DNA of 64,000 bases. Source: Candidatus Bathyarchaeia archaeon. GTDB lineage: Archaea > Thermoproteota > Bathyarchaeia > 40CM-2-53-6. The notes below the pieces were generated by a model that saw nothing but the letters and a program-made list of their open reading frames with translations, was not told the origin of the DNA and did no database searches. Positions 46,532 through 55,059 of the stretch are shown here, in pieces. The stretch covers positions 1,312,001 through 1,376,000 of the forward strand of contig JBEKFP010000001.1 in the NCBI GenBank assembly GCA_050013255.1, written 5' to 3'. Both the position numbers and the translations under genes were made by a program. How positions within the stretch are numbered: the first letter of the stretch is position 1; each line of letters starts with the position of its first letter.

Positions 46532-46563
46532 GTGTGTGTGCGCACCATTAGACCCACCACCAC
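46532..46563 (+). repeat. Terminal junction (TG)n - cgcaccattagacc (46541-54) - caccaccac
   Basis: Core is the exact reverse complement of the TSD of the Cas1 element. Confidence 0.92.
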
Positions 46564-46569
46564 GAAGAA

Positions 46570-46854
46570 CTAGATCTCTAAGTCACGGATGGTGAAGGGG
46601 ACGGCCGCCGCACCCTCGTCGGCAAAGGCTACCCCACATTTTTCGCACTTGAATGACTGTGGAAGGGGCGCAGGCGGTCCAGACGGTTGGGCGATTTCTG
46701 CTGCAGGCTCCAGGCTCGTTTCCGTTGTCGGTTCGGCGTTGGGGGTACCCGTATTCTCATCTCCACGATCTTTCCATCCAAATCCGTGAAATTCTAGTCA
46801 TTCGTCATTCGTTCGGCTTGAGGGCTGGTTGTACGGTCTTTCGGGGTTCGCCAT
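46570..46854 (-). pseudogene. Probable pseudogene of a small zinc-finger protein
   Basis: MANPERPYNQPSSRTNDE*LEFHGFGW...FKCEKCGVAF; in-frame TGA at codon 19; the His pair of a C2H2 finger is absent. Confidence 0.5.
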
Positions 46855-47302
46855 ATCGAGAATCACCCTAATTCCTTATATGTTGAAATGTACTACACAA
46901 CTACAGGTGCCATGAATTGAACTACGACTATGATGGTTTGAATGAATTGTTCGACAAAGGCGCATATCACAAGGCCGGACCGTTTGGACTGAAGGGCATC
47001 ATGGCCGCTTTCAGACGACACAATCTCGAGGCGCACATACCGCTCATAATCGGATTTCTCTATGCGCTCTCTGGCGATTACATATCCCTACTCCGCCACC
47101 TAAGAATGGTCATCTAGACCCTTAGGCCACTAGACTGGCATCTAGGTTCGTCTAACGGGACACCATTCCAGCCCCGTGGGCTCGTACCCTCGGCTTTCGG
47201 TTGCATCAATCACGTGTGGTGACTAGAAGTTTTAGACCAACTCTCTGTCTAACCCGGCACGTTTCTTAGTTGTGGTTTTCCCGGCGTCGTAAGAATTACA
47301 GT

Positions 47303-48427
47303 TCATCGTTTGTCGATGGGCACGACTTTCCGGTCCCGCGGCCCAGTGTACTCAGTTTCCGGCCGAATAAGCCGGTTGTTGGCCACTTGTTCGAGGACGT
47401 TGGCGGACCATCCGACGCTTCGGCTAGCAGCGAAAGTTGCCGTGAAAAGGTCCGGTGGTAAGCCAACGGAATCCATCACAACTGCGGAATAGAATTCCAC
47501 GTTCGTATACAGCTTCTTGCGAGACTTTTCCGTCTGCAGGATGCGAATGGCTGTTTCCTCAACGCGGCGGGCCAACTCGAAGAATTTCTTGTCCGCTGTT
47601 TTGCTTGCTACGTCGCGGAGTATCTCAGCACGTGGATCCGTGGTCCTGTATACTCTGTGCCCGAAACCCATCAGCCTTCTCCCGGCCTTCAATTCGTCTC
47701 TGATCCAAGGTTCGGCTCGGTCGGGGCTTCCAATGTCCTTCAGCATTTGCAGAGCCGGTGCTGGAGCGCCACCATGAAGTGGTCCCTTTAGGGCTCCGAT
47801 GGCGGCCGTTATGGCCGAGTACATATCAGACCATGTGGACGCCACAATCCTCGCAGTGAAGGTTGAGGAATTCATACCATGGTCCGCGAGAAGAATCAGG
47901 TATTTGTTGAGTGCGTCTACCTTGGCCGCTTCAGGTTCTTTTCCGGTGAGCATGTAAATGTAATTCGCAGCGTGCCCAAGCCCAGGTAGTGGATCCACGG
48001 GTTCCTGGCCGCGGCGAAGACGGTCAAACGCAGCGTTGATAGTCGGCATCTTCGCAGTTATTGCAATTGCGTCCGAGATTTCCGGTTTCTTTAGCGGAAT
48101 GCCCGTCCCGAGCGTTGAGATGGCGGTTCGAAGCACATCCAGGGTGTTCGAGGTGCGGGGTAGGTTACGAATCGTTGCCTTCAGGTCCGCAGGAATCGAT
48201 CGTTCCATGCTTAGCCGCTTAGTCAGGTCGCCGAGCTGCGTCCTAGTCGGTAGGTCGTCATTCCAAAGCAGGTAGGCGACTTCTTCGAAGGCGAGGTTCG
48301 CGGCTAGGTCGTGAATATCATAACCCCGGTAAATCAGGCGCCCCGCGTTTCCATCAATCATGCAGATACTGCTATCGTCAATGATTACCCCTTCAAGTCC
48401 CTTCGCGATCGCCTTGGCAGCCGTCAA
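47303..48427 (-). CDS. gltA: Citrate synthase
   Basis: KGLEGV, DHGMNSSTF, GPLHGGA, GFGHRVY, NVEFY. Confidence 0.93.
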   Translation of the reverse strand: MTAAKAIAKGLEGVIIDDSSICMIDGNAGRLIYRGYDIHDLAANLAFEEVAYLLWNDDLPTRTQLGDLTKRLSMERSIPADLKATIRNLPRTSNTLDVLRTAISTLGTGIPLKKPEISDAIAITAKMPTINAAFDRLRRGQEPVDPLPGLGHAANYIYMLTGKEPEAAKVDALNKYLILLADHGMNSSTFTARIVASTWSDMYSAITAAIGALKGPLHGGAPAPALQMLKDIGSPDRAEPWIRDELKAGRRLMGFGHRVYRTTDPRAEILRDVASKTADKKFFELARRVEETAIRILQTEKSRKKLYTNVEFYSAVVMDSVGLPPDLFTATFAASRSVGWSANVLEQVANNRLIRPETEYTGPRDRKVVPIDKR

Positions 48428-48492
48428 GTGTTAAGTCTCGCCCACAGCCACGTTCATCTTACTTATTATTCAATCTCGTAACCGTTCGTACC

Positions 48493-49683
48493 CTAGTGGC
48501 GTGGGCGTTTCAGCTTGAACAGAACGGCGAGGGCGACTGAAATCCCTGCATATACCGGGCTGAGTAGCCAGGGTAGGTATGCGTTCCCGGTAAGCTGCCA
48601 GATCGTCCCTCCCAGTAGGGGCGACAGGTTCCCTCCGATGTTTAGGAAAAGGTTGAAGGCGCCAACGTACATTCCACGTTCGGCTTCAGGTGCGATTTCG
48701 GTTACAAGCGTTTGCGCGATCGGGAAGAACATGTTCTCCCCCAGCGTCATCACGACCACTGCCAGAAGAAGCCAGTAAAAGGTCGGTGCCAGAGCCAAAC
48801 CTGTAATACCGGCTGCTAAAATTACCACACCTAGAATGTAGCCGGTCTGTTTGGGAATTCTCTCCAGCCAACTCGAAGTGGGAAACTGAAGCGCGACGAC
48901 TGTCGCCCCCGATATGGAAAATAGTGCTCCAACCTGCAGAGAGTCCAGGCCCTTCACCTGTGTTGCAAAAATCGGCAGCAGCGAGTAGAACTGTGTGTAG
49001 AATAGCATCGTGAACAGCGAGGCAACGCATAGAACCAGAAGGTCTCGATCACGAAATATCCCGACATTTGGGAGCTTGGGCCTCTCCAAACCTGCTTTGC
49101 GTGATTCGGGTACCAGGCCGACGAACGCTAGAAGGCCAATTAGGCCGATGATAGCAGAGGCTGCGAAGAGCGGCAGAAAGTTTCCCTGCCCCGCCAATAT
49201 TGCTCCCCCAATGAGGGGGGCAATGATCCATGCGGCATTGCCGACTATTCGGCTCACCCCGTATGCCGTATTCCTCTTGCTGTCCTCCACTTGGTCCGCG
49301 ATGATGGTTGTTTGCGAGGCCCGACTGGCTGAATCCATAACGCCTGAGATCGTGAGGATGGGGAAGGCTTGGGTTAGAGTAGTAGTTGTGGCCAACGCAG
49401 CGGGAATTAAGACTGCGCTTGAGTTGCCGAAGGCGTATATTTTCTTCCGTCCCACCCTGTCGACAAGCCAACCTATCAATAACACTGTCAAGGTTCCTGC
49501 TAGGCCGTTTGCGAAGTACAGGAATGAGACGGCTCCCACAGAGATGCCGAGCTGCTTGTAAAGGAACACGGGCAGAAACGGGCCGAGCATCGTGGTAGCT
49601 ACGCCGGTGACGGCGACATTCAGCATGAGGAACCAGAAATACCTCCCCCTCGGAACGTTGGAAATGTATTTTCTGATACTCAT
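48493..49683 (-). CDS. MFS transporter
   Basis: GWLVDRVGRKK motif A, about 12 TM helices. Confidence 0.92.
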   Translation of the reverse strand: MSIRKYISNVPRGRYFWFLMLNVAVTGVATTMLGPFLPVFLYKQLGISVGAVSFLYFANGLAGTLTVLLIGWLVDRVGRKKIYAFGNSSAVLIPAALATTTTLTQAFPILTISGVMDSASRASQTTIIADQVEDSKRNTAYGVSRIVGNAAWIIAPLIGGAILAGQGNFLPLFAASAIIGLIGLLAFVGLVPESRKAGLERPKLPNVGIFRDRDLLVLCVASLFTMLFYTQFYSLLPIFATQVKGLDSLQVGALFSISGATVVALQFPTSSWLERIPKQTGYILGVVILAAGITGLALAPTFYWLLLAVVVMTLGENMFFPIAQTLVTEIAPEAERGMYVGAFNLFLNIGGNLSPLLGGTIWQLTGNAYLPWLLSPVYAGISVALAVLFKLKRPRH

Positions 49684-49815
49684 CGTCGAACCCGTTTCGT
49701 AGCCTCAGGCCGCGTGATAAATAGCTTGCAGCGTCAAACGATAATCGCGGTGCCCTCCAGAACTGTGCAAGATTTCTTAAGGGAATCCGCCTAACGTTAT
49801 CCTGAGGTTAGGGAC

Positions 49816-50841
49816 TTGACGTATGAGACTGGTGGACGTGAGTCGGGGGTTGTTGCGTTTAAGGAAAACGATGAGGTAAGGGTGAACGACGACGCTGTCC
49901 TCGCACCGGAAGCTATCCGCGGAGAAGTCGGGACGATTGTGACGATCAACCGCTTCTTGAGTGAGCCGACACAACTCTCTGAAAGCATTATAGCAGTCGA
50001 CCGTTACCAGCAGCTGGTCAAACAGCCACGCGAGACTGAAATACTCGGCTTCGCCCTACAAGTCTTCTTTCCCAAGATTGGTGACTCGCTCCTCGTAGCT
50101 TCAAACGAAGTAACCCTACTTTCGAAATTCAGAGAAAGGATCGACAAACTCGAAGGCAGGCTCATCGCTCACCTAACCGACCCACAACAATTCACTGTGC
50201 TAGGCGACGGCGGGCTGGATGTTCCATTCATCAATCAGAACTTTGATGCGCAATTCTTCGGCGACTTGGTACGATACGTGCTCAGGCCGAAGCTTGGCAG
50301 AAATTCAACCAAGGTCCTATCGCCAGAAGCCTCCGGCCCACCTTTGGCGGCCGTGTACGCTAGTATGGCCGGCCTCAGCTTTGTGCGCGCGGTGAAAGTG
50401 TATGATAAGGCGAGGCCGCAAGTGCCTGGGACTTGGCGGGGGACTGTGTTGGGGGATGTTAAGGTCCCTTCCGCTACGAAGAAGACCGAGCACTACTTCG
50501 CCATACCTGAAGGCTCCATATTCGCCGGGGACCGTGTGGTCATCTTCGACGACGTCGGTTTCACCGGCCGAACCCGCAACGCCTGCATACAACTAATCGA
50601 AAAAGCAGGTGCAAAGGTCTCGGCAATCGTAAATGTCGTCGAGAAGTTGTACGGTGAGCCTCGAAACCTAACCGTGAACTCAAGAGCTATCCTCGGAATA
50701 ACCGGCTTCGAACCTGAAACGGATAAGACTTGTAGGCTGAAGATTAACGAGCTTCTCTTGGAACCTCTGAAAACTCCTCGCATAGTCGGCGGCGTGAATT
50801 ACGCTCCTAAGAGGTCTCTCTCAACTCTCCGTGAGCAATAG
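49816..50841 (+). CDS. Purine phosphoribosyltransferase-like protein with N-terminal extension
   Basis: PEASG and VVIFDDVGFTGRT PRPP-binding loop. Confidence 0.8.
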   Translation: MTYETGGRESGVVAFKENDEVRVNDDAVLAPEAIRGEVGTIVTINRFLSEPTQLSESIIAVDRYQQLVKQPRETEILGFALQVFFPKIGDSLLVASNEVTLLSKFRERIDKLEGRLIAHLTDPQQFTVLGDGGLDVPFINQNFDAQFFGDLVRYVLRPKLGRNSTKVLSPEASGPPLAAVYASMAGLSFVRAVKVYDKARPQVPGTWRGTVLGDVKVPSATKKTEHYFAIPEGSIFAGDRVVIFDDVGFTGRTRNACIQLIEKAGAKVSAIVNVVEKLYGEPRNLTVNSRAILGITGFEPETDKTCRLKINELLLEPLKTPRIVGGVNYAPKRSLSTLREQ

Positions 50842-51529
50842 TGCGCCTCAAGGAAGGTGCAAGTTGCAAATAGATCACTGCGATTTTCCGGAAGACGCAC
50901 TCTACGACATCGACAACAGAGTTTGGGTTAGGCTACAGAAAGAGAAGATTGCTACAATTGGCATAACTAGCGTTCACTCTGCGCTAGCTGGAAGGCTGAA
51001 CAAGGTCAACTTCAAGCCCGTCGGCACCTTCTTGCAGAAAGGGAAGAGCGTCGCAACCATTGAGAGTGTGAAATATTTCGGAGTAGTCCGAACTCCGCTC
51101 TCGGGCACACTTATCGAAAGCAACCCTGTTCTAACCAAACAACCGAAGTTGGCAAATGATTCACCCTATGAATTAGGTTGGTTTGTGAAAGTTGAAGCCG
51201 CTTTTCTCTCCGAAGAATTGAAGTCCCTAAGTGATCTTTCGAGCGCTCGTGAGTCACTGAAATTGCAGATTAGTCAGCTTCGGGTTAGGTGTTTCAAGGC
51301 TTATCCGGATTATGAAACGTGGGAGATAGGGGTGGAATGCGCCGCCGTTTTGGTTAGATTGAATGAGCTTATCGAGCGGTGCGCCTTGAATGATGTGATT
51401 CACGTTGTTTCCGACGATCCAACCGCTGATATCGAAATGGAGCGGTGGTCTGATGAAACAGGTCAGTTGGTGCTCGAGTCGAGGAAGGAAGGGAAGCTGA
51501 TTCACTTTATCGTCAAGAAGGTGAAGTGA
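50831..51529 (+). CDS. GcvH-like lipoyl domain fused to a TusA-like sulfur-carrier domain
   Basis: TIGIT, IESVK (lipoyl Lys), NDSPY..GW; C-terminal GVEC...VSDDPTADIE..W. Confidence 0.8.
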   Translation: MSNSAPQGRCKLQIDHCDFPEDALYDIDNRVWVRLQKEKIATIGITSVHSALAGRLNKVNFKPVGTFLQKGKSVATIESVKYFGVVRTPLSGTLIESNPVLTKQPKLANDSPYELGWFVKVEAAFLSEELKSLSDLSSARESLKLQISQLRVRCFKAYPDYETWEIGVECAAVLVRLNELIERCALNDVIHVVSDDPTADIEMERWSDETGQLVLESRKEGKLIHFIVKKVK

Positions 51530-51556
51530 GAAAGTAGGGGGTTTTTTCCGAAGGTC

Positions 51557-52402
51557 TTACGGTTTCTGGATTGGGTTGCGGACCATGTTTCCCCACTCAG
51601 TCCAAGACCCGTCGTAGTTCCTAACCTTCGGGTAGCCAAGGAGGTATTTCAGAACGAACCATGAAAATGACGACCTCTCTCCGATTCTGCAGTATGTTAT
51701 GATTTCCTTATCGGGTGTGATGCCTTTGCTTTGGTATAGGCTAGCCAGGTCTTCTGCGGTTTTGAAGGTTCCATCCTCCTTCACAGCCTGAGACCAGGGT
51801 ATGCTTACGGCGCCAGGGATGTGCCCTCCCCGTTGCGCGTGTTCGTTCGGGTATTCGGGTGGGGCCGTTATTTCTCCAGTAAATTCAGCTGGGCTGCGAA
51901 CATCGACAAGCGCTTTGTCCTTTTTGCCAAGTGACTTCTTTACGCCGTCTAGATAGGTCCTGATTTCTTCGTTCGGGCCTGTGGCTTTGTAGACTGCTCG
52001 GCTATGTGCTAGTATTTCCTTTGTTACTTCCCCGTCCTCGGCGAGCCATTTCTTTCGGCCGCCGTTCATCAAAACCACTTTCTCAAAGCCATAGTACTTG
52101 AGTATCCAGAAGGCGAAAGCTGCAAACCAGTTGTTGAAGTCGCCGTAGAGAACAAGGGTCGTGTCTTTGTTTACGCCGGACTTTGAGAGTAAGTCTTCGA
52201 GCTGTTTTTGGTTGACTATGTCTCGGGATAGGGGGTCGTTCATGTCTGCTTTCCAGTCGAAGAGTACTGCGCCGGGTACGTGGCCGAGGTTGTAGTTCGC
52301 GATCGGGTCGTAGTCGACTTCGGCTATGCGAACATTGCTATCTTTGAGGTGTTGGCTTACCCAGTTGCTTTCAACAAGAACTTCAGGATGTTTGTATGAC
52401 AA
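51557..52402 (-). CDS. Tandem-domain rhodanese/thiosulfate sulfurtransferase
   Basis: GHVPGA, GHIPGA, YCRIGERS, YDGSWTEW. Confidence 0.93.
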   Translation of the reverse strand: MSYKHPEVLVESNWVSQHLKDSNVRIAEVDYDPIANYNLGHVPGAVLFDWKADMNDPLSRDIVNQKQLEDLLSKSGVNKDTTLVLYGDFNNWFAAFAFWILKYYGFEKVVLMNGGRKKWLAEDGEVTKEILAHSRAVYKATGPNEEIRTYLDGVKKSLGKKDKALVDVRSPAEFTGEITAPPEYPNEHAQRGGHIPGAVSIPWSQAVKEDGTFKTAEDLASLYQSKGITPDKEIITYCRIGERSSFSWFVLKYLLGYPKVRNYDGSWTEWGNMVRNPIQKP

Positions 52403-52629
52403 TTTGTTGCACGGCTGAAAACATGACGTACGGCATATTTAACCTCATCCTAACGACACCTAAGCATCCGCGAGAACTTGTGAAGGCCCAGCTAAAGTTT
52501 AAATTCGAACGCGAAACTCCGGACCATTAACGGGCACATTATTGACGCCCGGTGAATCAGGGATTTTTCCAAGGGTTACTTGGCGGTTCAAGACGCTGCT
52601 CGGTCCCGGTTCGATAAATGGGTGAATGA

Positions 52630-54084
52630 ATGTTGACAGAGAAGATTATTGACGGCTTGACCTTCGACGACGTCCTCCTAATCCCGAAGAAGTCCACTGT
52701 TCGTTCCCGAAAGGACGTGCACACCAGGACGCGCCTCTCACGAAATATCGAGTTACGCATCCCGATGGTGAGCGCTCCTATGGACACTGTGACTGAACAT
52801 TCGATGGCGGCCACAATGGCGCGCGCTGGCGGCATCGGCATCATACATCGTTTCATGACAATACACCAACAAGTGGATGAAGTTCTGAAAGTGAAGCGCT
52901 CCGAGAGCATCGTCATAGAGCAACCCTACAGCCTAACGGCTGGTCTGAAGCTCAAGGACGCGAAACGCTTGATGTCCCAGAAAGGAGTATCCGGCCTGCT
53001 CGTCCTTGACGAGCGGGGGCACCTGCAGGGGATCCTGACGACGCGAGACATTCAATTTGAACGCGACCCGGAGAAAAAAGTCAGTGAAATGATGACTGGA
53101 ATCAAAGACATGGTCACAGCCTCTGCCGGGATAACACTTGAAGAGGCGGAGCGCATTCTGCACAAAAACAAGCTCGAAAAACTTCCATTGACCGACAAGG
53201 ACGGAAAACTGCGCGGCCTCATAACAAGCCGCGACATGCTCAGCCTCGAACAGTATCCCGACGCTTCGAAGGACCAGAAAGGCCGCTTAATGGTCGGCGC
53301 AGCCGTTGGTGTGAAGGCAGGTTACCTGGAGAGAGGTAGGGAGTTGTGTGAAGCTGGTGTTGACGTGCTCGTCCTCGACGTGGCCCACGCCCACTCCGAC
53401 ATCACACTGGAAGCCGTTCGCAACATCAAGAAGTCACTGCCAAAAGCTGAGTTGATTGTGGGCAATGTTGCGACCAAGGAGGGAACCGAGGATCTTATCG
53501 CGGCTGGAGCGGACGCCGTGAAGGTGGGAATTGGTTCCGGTTCGATATGTATCACCAGGATCGTGACAGGGGCAGGAGTTCCTCAGCTTACGGCTATCAT
53601 CGAATGTACCAAGGTGGCCGACGAGAATGGTGTACCAATAATTGCTGATGGGGGAATACGCAACTCGGGCGATATTACAAAGGCCATCGCAGCGGGCGCT
53701 TCAACCGTGATGGTTGGAAGCCTCCTCGCAGGGGCGGAGGAGAGCCCGGGGATGACCGTGATGAGGGAGGGCAGGAAATTCAAACTCGTGCGCGGAATGG
53801 CTTCAGTAGCTGCCTCCTACGACCGGACAACACGAGAATCCGAACAGGCAGAAGAGGACGCGGCAGTCGACCTCTTGGACTACGTACCAGAAGGTGTGGA
53901 GGCGTTCGTAGCCTACAAGGGCAACGCCTCAGAGTTAATCAGCCAACTGGTCGGGGGACTGCGTTCTGGGATGAGTTACTGCGGAGCAACAGAAATCTCG
54001 CAATTCCGCGGTAAAGGTAACTTCGTCAAAATCTCACAAGCAGGTTTGAAGGAAAGCTACCCACACGACGTAGAAGTAATGTAA
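52630..54084 (+). CDS. guaB: IMP dehydrogenase with CBS pair
   Basis: [35 protein letters not shown]. Confidence 0.95.
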   Translation: MLTEKIIDGLTFDDVLLIPKKSTVRSRKDVHTRTRLSRNIELRIPMVSAPMDTVTEHSMAATMARAGGIGIIHRFMTIHQQVDEVLKVKRSESIVIEQPYSLTAGLKLKDAKRLMSQKGVSGLLVLDERGHLQGILTTRDIQFERDPEKKVSEMMTGIKDMVTASAGITLEEAERILHKNKLEKLPLTDKDGKLRGLITSRDMLSLEQYPDASKDQKGRLMVGAAVGVKAGYLERGRELCEAGVDVLVLDVAHAHSDITLEAVRNIKKSLPKAELIVGNVATKEGTEDLIAAGADAVKVGIGSGSICITRIVTGAGVPQLTAIIECTKVADENGVPIIADGGIRNSGDITKAIAAGASTVMVGSLLAGAEESPGMTVMREGRKFKLVRGMASVAASYDRTTRESEQAEEDAAVDLLDYVPEGVEAFVAYKGNASELISQLVGGLRSGMSYCGATEISQFRGKGNFVKISQAGLKESYPHDVEVM

Positions 54085-54125
54085 ACAGAACAAGCCCTGC
54101 TCCTTCAACTAATCGGCGCGGCTCT

Positions 54126-54638
54126 TTGAAAATCTTCACAATCGGCCATTCAACCAGAACCTTCCACGAACTCGTACGCTCATTATCGGCTCATGGAGTT
54201 AACATCTTAGCTGACGTGCGAGGTTTCCCCCGTTCCTTCAAAAATCCCCAATTCAACACCGAGGTAATGGAAACCGAACTCCCCGAACACAGCATTCGCT
54301 ACGTCTGGTTGCAGAAGCTCGGCGGCCGGAGGAAAGGGTTAGGGCAAGAATCGAAGAACACCTGTTGGAAGAGCAAGTCGTTCAGGAATTATGCGGATTA
54401 CATGGAGACCTCCGCTTTCACCGATGGCGCCGAGGAACTCATCAGGTTGACAGGTGAGGGGATCGTTGCCATAATGTGTGCTGAGGCCGTTTATTGGAGG
54501 TGCCACCGGTCAATGATATCCGATTTCCTGAAATCAAATGGGCTGCAGGTCACACACATCTCCGATGAGACGCACAGCCGGGAGCATGAATATACTCAAT
54601 GCGCGAAGGTTGTAGACGGAAAACTAACCTACCATTGA
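54126..54638 (+). CDS. DUF488 family protein
   Basis: TIGHS, DVRGFP, LGGRR, MCAE..WRCHR. Confidence 0.88.
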   Translation: MKIFTIGHSTRTFHELVRSLSAHGVNILADVRGFPRSFKNPQFNTEVMETELPEHSIRYVWLQKLGGRRKGLGQESKNTCWKSKSFRNYADYMETSAFTDGAEELIRLTGEGIVAIMCAEAVYWRCHRSMISDFLKSNGLQVTHISDETHSREHEYTQCAKVVDGKLTYH

Positions 54639-54684
54639 ATAGAACTAAATCCTGAACCGCAACCTTCCGTCTTTCGCGAGTTTC

Positions 54685-55023
54685 TTACTGTATGTCGACC
54701 ATTACGTCGTTTCCTTGAATCATGACCTTGTACGATTTTTCCGGCGGGATGCTATCCGCTGGTTCTTGGTCGGGCCCGATGAGAACTTTACCAGTCGTGA
54801 TATCGAACTGGGCCCCGTGCTCTGGGCAGGTGACCACATTATTCCTCAGTGCGCCCTCTGAGAGGTTCCCTTGCTCATGCGTACACCAATTATCCATCGC
54901 GTAGAAGTTTCCGCTGATATTAGCAAGAACAATGTTCTTTCCACCAGCGTTGACGAATTTGAGGCGGCCAGGGGGCACGTCGGATTTGCTGCAGGCCTTA
55001 ACTAGTGGCATTGGCGCATCCAA
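54685..55023 (-). CDS. Rieske-type ferredoxin
   Basis: CTH...CPEH. Confidence 0.9.
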   Translation of the reverse strand: MDAPMPLVKACSKSDVPPGRLKFVNAGGKNIVLANISGNFYAMDNWCTHEQGNLSEGALRNNVVTCPEHGAQFDITTGKVLIGPDQEPADSIPPEKSYKVMIQGNDVMVDIQ

Positions 55024-55059
55024 ATTTCTGAGGATGTTCTTCCGGTTTTAAGTCCTTCG

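Noticed and set aside
11320-46563. Canonical CRISPR array associated with cas1
   Set aside because: There are no regularly spaced 25-45-bp repeats with unique short spacers. The repeats are 14-bp cores separated by gene-sized units, the short 45-55-bp intervals are themselves repeated, and no cas2 or effector genes are present.
12014-46563. Classical integron attC array
   Set aside because: There is no tyrosine recombinase or IntI in the window, no RYYYAAC/GTTRRRY boxes, and cassette orientations are mixed. A recombinase acting in trans cannot be excluded.
46798-46800. In-frame TGA as selenocysteine
   Set aside because: Not in a Cys-like redox context and no SECIS is evident; a nonsense mutation is simpler.
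47110-47230. tRNA-like D-arm sequence (agtctagtggcctaagg on the minus strand)
   Set aside because: No matching T-arm or cloverleaf could be folded.
52500-52629. Possible purine or PRPP riboswitch upstream of guaB
   Set aside because: Only a vague resemblance; the conserved consensus blocks were not found by eye.
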